A stretch of 64,000 nt of DNA from Moniliella sp. 'wahieum' (taxonomy: Eukaryota), in assembly GCA_003971905.1 (NCBI GenBank), contig RSEE01000048.1, positions 186,001-250,000 of the forward strand. The letters run 5' to 3'. Each line of letters begins with the position of its first letter. Within the stretch, counting starts at the first letter, position 1. Both the position numbers and the translations under genes were made by a program. The notes below the pieces were generated by a model that worked only from the letters and a program-made list of their open reading frames with translations, was not told the origin of the DNA and searched no databases. Of the stretch, positions 53,081 through 63,853 are shown in pieces.

Positions 53081-54396
53081 ATGCCGCGTGCTTCCTCTTC
53101 CTCCAAGTGGGCCCCACCCCCCATCTTGTACGTCCTCTCTCCATCCGCCCTCCAGCCCCAGCTCTGGCCGCCGCTGACACGCTTGCCTCCGCAGCCACGC
53201 GGATGATCTTGTTCTAGCACGCCTCACGGGGTATCCCGAATGGCCAGCCATGGTACGTACGCGTCTTGCTCACCTTGGCGCCCTGCTGACTCGCCCATGC
53301 CAGGTTGTGCGCAGCAGTCAAGTCCCCGATGCGGTGCGCGTCGCGTTTGCGGAATCGGGCAAGAAGCACATTGTGCGCTTTTTGCCCGACGCTGACTAGT
53401 ATGTGTTGCGTCTGTGTTGTGGTGTGGCTCTGATGGGGGCGGTGACCCGGCGACCCAATGACGCGAGCCTGACCTTTCCCCTTTGTTTGCAGTTACTTTT
53501 ACAATCCGCAGCAGCTGGTCGAGCTGGACGACGCCAAGATCCGCGCCTTTCTGGCCCGGTCCAAGCCCAAGCCGCACTCCATGCTTGCCGAGAGTTTACG
53601 CCGAGCGTACCAAATTGCTCAACATGATGCAATTAAATGGGCGCGCCAGCAAGACGCCCTCGTGGCCGCGGCGCAGATGGCAGCTGCCGAGATGGCCCAG
53701 TCGGATGAGGACGCGGGCTCGGCCCAGGAACCCGAACCTGAGTCGGAAGAGGAACCGATATGGGACAGCGATGAGATGCAGGGAAGCGACGAGGACGAAC
53801 TGCTTCCCCCACGCAAGCCCGTTGCCAAGAAGCCCGAGCCGGAGCGCAGGGCTTCATCCCGCGCCGGAAGGTTGTCCCCGAAACCGAGGATACGTCCGAG
53901 TCGGAGGATCGTCCAGCCAAAAGACAACGCAAGCCGACCGCCAAGCCCCAACCGGCCCCGGCTGTTGCTTCTCCCGCACCGGTCGCCGACGCTTCGTTGA
54001 CCGTAGCTGCTGATACAACCACCGCGGTGGGTGCTGAGAATACCGCTGAGCGGGTTAGGTGTTGGCGATTCGAGCTGCAGCGCATCTTCCTTGGCAAGGA
54101 GGGGATCTTGTTTGACGTATGTACTACCTCTCTCGCTTTGTACCTATCGCTCGTCAGTAGCTAACCTACTCACTCTACCTTGGGAACAGCTGATGGACCG
54201 CGCGGCAGAGGTGTTTGACCTGCTCGAAGCATCCCCTGCAATCACGCGTGAGCACATCAGGTTTAGCAGGATCGACAAGGTTCTCAAACGGGTCGTGGCG
54301 CTCAAGTCTGAGATGCCCGCGGTTGAGAAGAAGTACAAGTTCGCGGTGCGCTCCCAAAAGTTGCTGGTGGAGTGGCGGTCGCGTCTCAGCTTGTAG
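53081..54396 (+). CDS. PWWP-domain chromatin protein with C-terminal TFIIS-N/IBD-like helical domain
   Basis: Micro-exon at ~53217-53252 encodes ARLTGYPEWPAM (PWWP motif). Also 'ESLRRAYQIA', an acidic linker and C-terminal 'ITREHIRFSRIDKVLKRVVAL..YKFAVRSQKLLVEW'. About three N-terminal introns. Confidence 0.8.
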
Positions 54397-54826
54397 TGCC
54401 CCGCGGCCCCGCGCCCGCGGTTCGGGGCTGGGGATGAACGTGAAGTGAACGTGAAGGTTGAACGTCGATCCGTTGGTCGGATGCGTGGTTTTGATGACTC
54501 GAAAGTACAGAAGATGTAAAGGCGTGGGAAGCTGCTGTCCAATTTATTGCCCACGTATACTTGCTGTTGGGGCCGCCATGCCGGCGGCGCTGGTGACGCT
54601 CCAGTTGAAGCTCTAGTGCAAACGAACATCCACGCCCTCATGGCTTGAATGCAACTTGATGCATGATGCGGGTTGCGCCCGGGATCACGTGCATTACATA
54701 ACCAGCCACTGGCAACGCTTCGGCGGAGTTTCCCGGCGGGGTCTGATTCCGCCGTCTGCTACCGGGGGCCCCACGAAGAAACAGGACGGAGGCCAGCGGG
54801 CACCAGCACCAACCACCTTGAGCAGC

Positions 54827-55444
54827 ATGAGCTTCTTTACTGGCGTGTGCGCAGCTGCGCGCCCCGCGGTGCTGTCCCTGGCCGTGCCCCGGACGGCGGG
54901 TGGGTCGCTGGGCTTGAGGATCCCGTCCTCGGTCCGCGGCTTTTCCGCCTCGGCGCCCACGCACGGCACTGCGCTGCGCCTGGTGTACGAGCGGCCCGTG
55001 TCGCGCATCCCCGAACCAAAGCGTACGTCTCCCGCTCTCCCTCTCGGCGTGTGACGAACTTGGGCTGACGGTTCTCCTCCAGAGGGTATCTCGACCCCGC
55101 TCGAGTTTATCCAGGCCATCACGCGTCTCCCGCGGCGAAACTTGGCGGGCGACTCGGGCTTTACCGAGGCGTTGCCGCAAGATTGGACTGCGTTCTTTAG
55201 CTTGACCAGCAACCAGCTGGAGGAGATGGGGCTCAGCACGCGCGACCGCAAGTATGTCTTGTGGGCCATGGAGCGGTTCCGGCAAGGCTACAATATTCGC
55301 CGCATCGCCTACCAAGACAAGAGCAAGAAGGTGGTTCGCTACCACGGTGACCGTGTCCAGCACGGGTACCGTGTTCGCGGCGAGGTGCGCCCTGGCGAAA
55401 AGGTGCCGCCGCGCAACCGTCGCCAGATGAAGCGCCCGTACTGA
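54827..55444 (+). CDS. FYV4: Mitochondrial small-subunit protein mS41/Fyv4 (IGR domain)
   Basis: Presequence-like N-terminus, intron ~55023-55082, then 'TPLEFIQAITR..WTAFFSLTSNQLEEMGLSTRDRKYVLWAMERFRQG'. Confidence 0.82.
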
Positions 55445-55853
55445 TCGCTTTTGGTACGAGGTCTGTGCCATGCATCCTTACTATTCTTTAGGACCCCACC
55501 TCACTCACTTGGGGGTGGCGTCTCTTCTGTCATAAGCTAGGCAGGTCGTGTCGTACAGAAAGAAGATGTGTATCCCTAATCAGTCGAAAGACGCAGATGC
55601 AGAAGGTCAAAGCCGAGCAAAGCCGACGACAGGGGGTGATAAAATGCATAATGTGCAAGCACAAATGGAAGGAGGGAAAGAGGATGCAGATGGAAGAGTG
55701 AGAGTGAACTCGGGGCCATCCGAGAGCAGCAGGCTCGCCACCGATCGACAAGGCCACCGACAAAAACGATGCAATTGGAGGAATAACTCGTAACGTATGA
55801 AGGTGCATAGTACTCCCTCTAACAATAACACAACACCAAGGCAAAGAGCCGGA

Positions 55854-57417
55854 TTAGATCTTGAGCTCACGAAACCCCTCGACAGCCGACGGACCGGCCG
55901 GTAAAGGTTCCGGGGACGTCGTCCTGCCTTTCGTTCGGCCCGAAGCGGCGCCTTCCTACTCAATGCCTTCTCAACCGCCCTGGCCTGTTTCCGCTCCCGA
56001 GCCGTTGGTCGAGAGCCCTCAGCCGCGGCTTTGAGACGGGCTGAACGGCGGCAAGGCTTGGAATCAGGCGTATTGGTATGTGCGACCGAGGAAACTGTGG
56101 AAGGGGACTGACCCTCAGCGACGCGGGAGGGGGGCAAAGGTGAGGTCAAAGGACTGTGGGATCGCCTCTTATTCCCGCGATCGTCCAGGCCAGCGGTCGA
56201 GAGACGCTTGCTCCTCTGTACTGGTTCTTCCACATCGTCCGCCACCGTCGCTGGCGTCGAGACGGATCCCGACGGGGGAGACGAACTGTCAATAGGCTCG
56301 TCGAGCACGACATTGGCATCGGCCTCGGTCAAGATCTCAACGACAGAGTTAAAGTCATGTTGGGCGAGCAAGGCACGAATTTGTCGGACAGGGTGAGGGC
56401 GAGCGAGGCAGCGCTGCACTCGCTTCTCGTCTTCGGTAGGATCCAGGACTTCCTCTGTCTCGGAAACGGTGTCGGCAGTCGAGGATGCCTCCCCAGTTGG
56501 AAGTGCTGGGTGCTCGGGGAGGGTGATCTTAGGCAGACCAGAATGGGGCCCGGCAAGACTGCGCACAGAGCTGTAGTGTTCCCAATTGTGGTAGGCAATA
56601 TACAGCGGTCCAACAGTCTCCAGTGGCACAGAAGATACGGTGGGTGCTTCGGCTAGCGGCTGTCCCTCCTTTTGAGATTGCCGACGGAGTCGCCTCCGCT
56701 GCCGCTCGCCTGCAGCGGGAGAAAGCGGGAGGGTATGAATGGTGCCATCGAGTTCGGCCTGGGCTAGGGCACGAGCGCGTTCTTGCTCTCGTTGGGTACG
56801 CGCCTGCTCGGACACGTCATCTTCCTCCCCCGTTACCACGAGGACCAACTTGGGTTGGATCACCTTGATGCGCTTGAGGCTCAGCTGGGCAAATGCTGAC
56901 AGCTCGACATGGCCGCCGTATGTGCCGTTTTCCCGCATATTGGCCACATATGCATCGTAGCTGCCGTCGACAAAGCCGGCAAACTGGTCGGGATGCGCAG
57001 CAAGGTAGTCGCAAATTTGGGAGCGCAGGTGGGCATACCAACCGGGCGTTCCGTAGAGCTGATCGGAAAGTGCACTGTGAGAAATGGAAGGGTCAGCCGG
57101 CTGCACCTGCACGGGGGGCCAGGAATCCAGCACCCAATGAACCACGTACCGAAAAAGGCAGTTCCCATCGCCAAGAGTGTCGGCGGCATAGAGCCCCATA
57201 TGGCGTAACTGGGAGTTGAACTGCAACTCAACATCCTCGGGGTCGTCGGCATGGGTCTTCTTGCTGCGTGTCACGCGTCCTAGGGGGGGCAAGCGCGGGG
57301 GGTTAGGGTGTCAACGATGTGGGGTCGGCGGCGGAGGGGGGGGGCGGGGCTGGCATACGTACCCGACGAGCCACGCGGGGCTCGGGAGGAGGGCGCGCGG
57401 CGGGTGGTGCGGGCCAT
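55854..57417 (-). CDS. OTU-family deubiquitinase (OTUD3-like)
   Basis: 'GDGNCLFR/ALSDQLYG', 'MRENGTYGGHVELSAFA' and 'IAYHNWEHYSSVR' give the catalytic Cys and His loops. Start MARTTRRAP at 57417, introns ~57280-57362 and ~57075-57149, end FRELKI*. Confidence 0.92.
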
Positions 57418-58813
57418 GGCAGGGGGGCGAGGAGGATGGAGTCGGAGGTGGGAGGGAAGGGTGAGGGCGTGTGCTTAGGAGGCCAGAGGCGGGGCAGCAG
57501 TCATCGCCGGCGCGTCGAAGCGCGCACTGGGGACGAGGCGGAGAGGATGGTGGCAGTGGCGGGGGCGGAGCGCTGACTGGAGCGGGAGGTGTGCGGAGGC
57601 GCGAGGGTTGATGCGTCGCTGGCGGGACTCAGACGACGACGGGAGTGCGTGCTGCGTTACTGACCACGCGCCCAGTCGAGCAGGCGCCAATCAGAAGCTG
57701 GGCCAGCTGCTGTTGCGGCTGCTGCTCTGCTCGACAATCGAGGGCGAGGGAGGGGGATCGATGATTAAATGGTGATCGCTGATGTTGATTGCACCCACTG
57801 CTGCAGGATGCATGATGCATGTGCATGACCGATGATCCATCCGCCAGCAGGCAGCGACAGGCAGCGACGGGCAGCTGAAAAGAAAAAAAAGAGAAAAATG
57901 CACCGTGGGCCATGGCCCGCTCTGTCAGCTCCGCACTGCCCCCACGCCAGGCCCTCGACATCGAATCACGCATTGTATTCCCATCATGCATTGTCTCACA
58001 TGTCAGCGTCCGGTGACGCGGGTGACGTGGTGACGCGCCACTGCCACGCTGCCCGGGTGAAATTGAACGTCTGTTCCATGTTCCGTCCGTCCACACCGCC
58101 TTGCCTCCCCACCTGATACTGTCTTCGTGCTGGGGGCAGCACACCAGCGCCACCACGCCACCGCGGCAGCAACCCTCAGGGCCTCAGTACATCAGTACGT
58201 CAGTGTGCGCAACCACCACCAGCAGAGACTGGCTCTAAAATCTTATCTTCCTCCTCCGTTGAACGTTGACCGTCGCCTTGGCCCGGATGCATGATTGCAT
58301 CATACCCACCCATCAGCGTCTTCTGTACACACTCCCCACGCCGCTCGAGCTGGACAGCTGAGCGCATGCTGAACGTTGTTGTCCGCTGAGCCTCAGCGCG
58401 CTGGCTGTCGAGGACGTTGCAACGTTGAACGCTAATCGACTCCTCACTCTCAGCAGCGCCCGGGCGTGTGCGTTCCGTTCACCACGTCGTCTAGAGGCCA
58501 GCGGCCACCAGGGACACACAGCCTGCAACTGCAGCTAACACGAATCGCTCTCAAATCTAAATCGCAAGCTTCTTCCTCCTGTTCCAGTTGCATGAGTCAG
58601 GCAGCACACCCCCGGCGCACCCAACAGCATGTCAGTGCACACATGTAATGGGTACAAGAACATAGGCCTATGCACCAGAGGAGACGGCGTCTCCTCTGGG
58701 GGTCGAGACGTGCCACAGCACGTCCAGCGCTGGACACACATGCCGTGGTCATATTTTGGAAGGCTGGTCCAGGACAAGGCTTGCACCAGCCAAGCAGCAC
58801 ACCAAGAACACCA

Positions 58814-59294
58814 TTAGATGTAGGTGTCGTACGCAATGGGCGCCAACGTCTCGGGGAGGTTGTCCTCCGTCTTGATGACGCGCGCGTCGCGGGGCAGGGC
58901 AGGGCGGCGCTTGAGGTCAAACGTCTCGCCAGCCTCCTTGGCAATGCGCTTCTTCTCCGCGTTCGACTTGACGCGAGCCAGGAAGTCGTCACGGCACTTG
59001 GAGTGCTTGACGTGCTCAATCCGCACGTTGACGCGCTTCTCCATGTAGCGGCCACCCACAATCTTGTAGATGATCACACCCCGCGCGGGGGGCCACGTTG
59101 TACACCACACCCGTGCGGCCGTGGTAGTACTTGTGGGGCATACCCTTCTGGATCGCACCATTGGCCTTGATGTCGACAATGTCGCCCACGTGGTAAGGCC
59201 GCAGGTACGTCGACAGAGGAATCTGGCCGTGCTGGCGGAAGCCACGCTTGAACAGGTCGCGCGTGCGCGCACGGTAACCGAAGGAGTGAGGCAT
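58814..59294 (-). CDS. RPL21: 60S ribosomal protein L21 (eL21)
   Basis: [33 protein letters not shown] / [24 protein letters not shown]. Frameshift at ~59083. 5'UTR intron 59300-59433. Confidence 0.97.
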
Positions 59295-59853
59295 GGTGAC
59301 TACCAACGCCACCAAGGCATGTCAGTCCTACCGACCTTGTTCAAACCACCCCGAGATACGCTCGACAAAGGACCGGGTGCCCCTTGGCACAATCCAAAGC
59401 ACATCTCTCAGGTAGACAGCCGCTCATACGCACCTAAACTTGCTTGGTGACCTCTTGGCGGGAAGGCCAGCAAGGTGGTACCAGCCACCACCCCAAAACA
59501 ACCACACCAGTGTCAGGGCTAGGGTTGTGTGTGCTGCGGGGGTTCCTCTCAGCCGCACATGGACAGTGTGGAAAAATTATTGCGGCGGATACACATAGGC
59601 GTCTGGCGTGGCGGGACTGTGCAAGTCCCGGCTAGTAGGACACTGGTCTCGCGGCTGCCAAGAACCAGGCCGTTGTCCAGCGCACCCCTGTAGGGTTGGT
59701 TTCGCTCTGTTCTCCTGGTTCGCATCTTCGTCTCCGCTGCTCTTGCCGACATCGGTCCCTGCCGCCAAGCTCAAGGTAAGCCGGCATCCTGGGCAGCCCC
59801 CCTACCATGCTTGCGGGCCCTCGCTGACATGCTTTCTGCGCCACTGAAGTACA

Positions 59854-60432
59854 ATGCCTCTTGCTCCCAGGAAGCAGTCGAAGACGTACAAGGTTCCCCG
59901 TCGCCCCTTTGAGGCGTCGCGCCTTGACTCGGAACTCAAGTTGGCTGGTGAGTACGGGTTGCGCAACAAGACGGAGATCTGGCGCATCTCGCTCACTCTG
60001 TCCAAGATCCGTCGTGCGGCGCGTGAGCTGCTCAAGCTGGACGAGAAGGACCCCAAGCGCCTGTTTGAGGGCAACGCCATCATTCGCCGTCTGGTGCGCA
60101 TTGGTGTGCTCGACGAGACGCGCATGCGTCTTGACTACGTGCTGTCCCTTACTGTCGAGGACTTTTTGGAGCGCCGTCTGCAGACCCAGGTCTTCAAGAC
60201 TGGCCTTGCCAAGTCGATCCACCACGCTCGCGTGCTCATTCGCCAGCGTCACATTCGCGTCGGCAAGCAGATTGTCAACGTGCCTTCGTTTGTTGTCCGT
60301 CTCGACAGCCAGAAGCACATTGACTTTGCTCTCAACTCGCCCTACGGCGGTGGACGTGAGGGCCGTGTGAAGCGCAAGCGCGCCAAGGCTGCGGCTGAGG
60401 GTGGCGACGAGGAAGAGGAGGACGACGAGTAA
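59854..60432 (+). CDS. RPS9: 40S ribosomal protein S9 (uS4)
   Basis: Intact [55 protein letters not shown]. 5'UTR intron 59776-59849. Confidence 0.98.
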   Translation: MPLAPRKQSKTYKVPRRPFEASRLDSELKLAGEYGLRNKTEIWRISLTLSKIRRAARELLKLDEKDPKRLFEGNAIIRRLVRIGVLDETRMRLDYVLSLTVEDFLERRLQTQVFKTGLAKSIHHARVLIRQRHIRVGKQIVNVPSFVVRLDSQKHIDFALNSPYGGGREGRVKRKRAKAAAEGGDEEEEDDE

Positions 60433-61080
60433 AACAGACCATCTGATGCCACTGCCTTTCCCTTCCCTCCCTCTGCGTTGTGCGCGGTACCCTTGCCAAG
60501 CTTTACGTGGGTGCTGACGACATGATGTATTGTTGGCGCTCCAGCGGTCCCTGTCTCGAGCGTCCACGCTTCACATACTATGCTTGGTGCAGGCAGGCAG
60601 GATGCCTCCCTTGACTATATGGTCCCCCAAAATCATACTGCTATGCCGACACCAGCGATTGATTTTTACTCTGTATAGCATGTGTAGCGACAATCGTAGC
60701 ATCCACCCGGGCGGCGAGGCTCAGGACCCCGGCCCCTATTAGCACACTTGGAACACACGGTCAGACGATGCCGAGACACGCGTCCAAGCGAACGGAGTCT
60801 GGGCCGCCCGCCCAGCGGCCATGCATTGACAGATGGTCCCGTACTAGTAAACGACTGGCAACAAGAAGGATGCCCAACGCGGCTTTCTCCTGGTGCGGCA
60901 AGGAAAGCAACTGAACGTAGACATCGGCTGCTGAGAACCTCAGGAAGGTCTGGTAGGGCTCCTTCTACAGTCCCAGCGCCTTGCGAGGGATTACGTCAGC
61001 ACGCTGTGTATGTCCAGCCAATAGCAAACCCACGCCCCCACTTGCTCTTTCTTCGGCATCCGTCTACTCCCTCGTGTCCC

Positions 61081-62489
61081 ATGTCGGCCGAACCTGCTAC
61101 GCCGCCCCCACCGGCGTCGGCGTCGTCTAGCATGCCCACTTGGGCGAGACGCGCCATGTCGGCCTTCCCTCTCTGGGAGTGGCCCGCGGCCGAAGTGCCC
61201 TCTGCAGGCCCGGCTTTGCTGCACCCGGTCCTGTACGTCGCCCCAGGCCATCCCACCGCCCCAGCCCGGCCGCGCGGAGCAGTGGGACGAACATGGGCGA
61301 GTGCGGACCCGAGGTGCTTGCGCTGGCAAGTGTCCTTGCTGCTTGCCAAGATTCCCTTTACATCCGTTGCGATTGACCCGCTTGATGCATGGGGGCCAGC
61401 GGACGAGTTCACTGCCACCTTTGTCCCGGGCACACTTCCCTATATGCAATTGCCCCCTCGTCCACGGCGACCACGCGTCATTCCCGTAGCAACCGCGGCG
61501 GGTCTGGTATCGGCTGCTGAGATTCCCGGCTGGCTGGATGGGGAACGCAAGGCCGCCGGGGCTCAGGCGGAGGCCACGGAGCCGGGTTCTGTCGAGGACG
61601 CTTCGCTCGAAGCTGAGGCCACGGTTTGGATATCGCTGTTGGAGACCAAGCTGATGGCAGGCGTTGTGCGTTCATCCCTCCTTGTACAGCGACAAACAAA
61701 AAGATACTAACCCTCTGTTTGGTCTCGTTTCCAGTTGTTGCAACGACACGATGTGTTGTTGCTGGAATGGGAGGCCGAGCTTGCAAAGGACAATTCGGTT
61801 CCTCTGCTCGCTGGCTACACCCGCTCCCATCTCAAGGGGAACTACCTTTCTCTGAGCTTAGGCGGATCCATGCTTATCGCCCTCAACCCAGGGCGGTTGG
61901 GGCGCCGAGACCTTTGGTCTCTCTCCCGTTTCAGAGAAAGGAGCTGTGGGGTTCATGCGCGTCGTGGCTGCCATCACAACGTTCTTGTCCCACGTAAGTG
62001 TCGGCGTGGATGGGTCCGAGGTACCTACAACCGGTCCGGGTGCAGCGAGCAATTCCAAGGCGCAACAGGCTGCCCATGTGGACCCTGTGGCAGTCTATGA
62101 CGCAGCCAGTGCAGCTCTCGGAGCTTTTGTTGCTCGGATCCAGGCCGAGGAAGGGCGGGAAATCGGTCTGTTGAGAACTGACAGCTCGCCGGCCCAACAA
62201 GCCTTGGGCCTTGACGTTTGCCCTGCCACACCCTGTTGTCTCTTCCGTACGACGAGCATCCGAAGCCCGCGTTGGCGGAAGAGAAGCGCCCAGAGCAGCT
62301 GAGGAACGCTACGCTGGGGCGGTGGCGTCTCGCCGTGTTGGGATGTCCCGCCCTCGCGGCATGGCTCCGCTCGTTCCACTCACAAGTCGTGCGGCCGCAG
62401 GGCAAATAGACTCTGCCAGCGTCAATTACACAAACACATCGCTCTCCCCATTGCATTATCTTCCCGCTTGCCTATGCTATCCCGCCTGA
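61081..62489 (+). CDS. Metaxin/Sam35-like GST-fold mitochondrial outer-membrane protein
   Basis: 'MSAFPLWEWP..LYVAP..SADPRCLRWQVSLLL..GTLPYMQLP', 'AEATVWISLLETKL', intron from ~61666, and 'VYDAASAALGAF..ALDV'. C-terminus is uncertain. Confidence 0.65.
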
Positions 62490-62547
62490 GGTTCCTGGAA
62501 ATGCCATCGATGGGAGCGACTGGTTCATAGATGGAATCGGGGGGAAA

Positions 62548-63570
62548 TCAGGCTGCTGCCCGCATCCTGGACCGCTTGCCTGTGATGGCCTGGAACCCAG
62601 TCTTGATCGCAGCCACGGAGCGTTGAGAGCCACACGTCTTGCACTTGACAAAGTAGATGCGGTTCTCGCGGCTCAACTCCGTGTCGGCGGATTTGCACGT
62701 CTTGCACTGGACATACTCGGAAATATACTGCGCAGCACGTTCTGAATCTGCTGTTGCTGGAACCGACCCTTGATGATCAACCGGCCCGCACCATCCTCGT
62801 TACCAATGGTACCCAGTTCGGCAAACAAGAACGCCTGCACGTGTTCATGGTCACGGTGCATGCGCCGGCAAATGTCAGCACAGTTGACAAACGCCGTCTT
62901 CTTCGACCCCTCGCGCTCGACAACAGGCGGGACCATGGTGTACTTCTTCTTGTCCCCAGACAGAGCCGGGTTGTGCTCACGCAACGTGACAAACACCCGT
63001 TCAGTAGCTGGGGGCGGAGGAGAGGGGGGAGGGGGAGGGTCAGCACTTCATGTCACCGTCAGCAAACCAGGAAGGATAGCACAACGTACCCATGCATAAG
63101 GGTACTTGTCGGTGCCCTTGAGGAACTCGACCTCCTTCTCCGGATCGTTGGCAAAGGGTTGACCTCGGGGTTTTCATCAAACTCGTCTTGATCCTCCTCG
63201 GCCGCGCCGCCCTCAGCCAGCGCCTTGTCAAGCTCGGCCAGCTTGTCCTTCTTGGACTTTTTCTTCTTCTTCAGGTCGCCAAACAAGTCTTCCGGTGCGG
63301 GCGGCCGAAGTAGCAGGCTCGGTGCTGGCGGGAGCGGTGGGCAGAGTCCTCCTTGGGCGTGTCCTCGCGGCTTCCTTGGTAGAAGGCAAGTTGTCGAGGT
63401 TGACAGTAAAGTTCTTGGCCGTCTTCTTGCTCTTTTCTTCTTCTTCATACCACCAAACTGGCAGCCAGCTCATCGTCGCCCGTCTGGCCCTCGCCATCGG
63501 GGGCGGGCGTGGCAGTAGGCGAGGTGGAAGCAGCGTCAGCCGCCGGAGTGGTCAAGTCGTCGTGGGTCAT
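62548..63570 (-). CDS. SUI3: Translation initiation factor eIF2 beta subunit
   Basis: Poly-Lys boxes ([15 protein letters not shown]), '[18 protein letters not shown]', '[16 protein letters not shown]' and a C2-C2 zinc ribbon (CKTCKS..CKTCGS), ending [16 protein letters not shown]. Confidence 0.96.
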
Positions 63571-63675
63571 GATGGCGAGGAACCAAAAAGCAGTCGCCAC
63601 TGCTCCTCTTTTTCGCCGGCTGGGGCCAGCGGCTCAAGACGAAGCCCCAGCAGCTAGTCACCGACTCGACCCCTC

Positions 63676-63709
63676 TTCCGCCCACCGTTCCGCCCACCGT
63701 TCCGCCCCC
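63676..63709. repeat. 12-bp tandem repeat (TTCCGCCCACCG x2.8) upstream of eIF2-beta
   Basis: ttccgcccaccg ttccgcccaccg ttccgccccc, read directly. Confidence 0.85.
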
Positions 63710-63804
63710 CGCCCAGCACCACACGACACTGCCGCCCAAGAAAAAAAAAGAAAACGGCAGACGGGCGGCGTTTGAAACGTTGCAATCTAAGCCGAGAAGA
63801 GGGA

Positions 63805-63853
63805 TGATCGATGACCGGTGACCCGTGACCCGTGACCAGTGACATGTGACATG
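63805..63853. promoter_or_regulatory. Array of seven TGA triplets in exact 7-bp phase
   Basis: TGA TCGA TGA CCGG TGA CCCG TGA CCCG TGA CCAG TGA CATG TGA CATG, about 240 bp upstream of the eIF2-beta ATG. The pattern is seen directly. A regulatory function is inferred only from position. Confidence 0.6.

Noticed and set aside
59632..60567. 311-aa antisense ORF over RPS9, and similar antisense ORFs over HDAC, GSH2 and RPL21
   Set aside because: This is an expected by-product of strong GC3 codon bias on the sense strand. The translations are not protein-like.
2671..62550. Cryptic peroxisomal targeting by TGA-CTA stop readthrough, known in smut fungi
   Set aside because: None of the stop codons I could place confidently has the TGA CTA context.
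1961..63570. Calling the frameshifted genes pseudogenes or programmed-frameshift genes
   Set aside because: The frameshifts affect essential housekeeping genes at scattered, often homopolymer, positions with no shared slippery motif. Sequencing error is more parsimonious.
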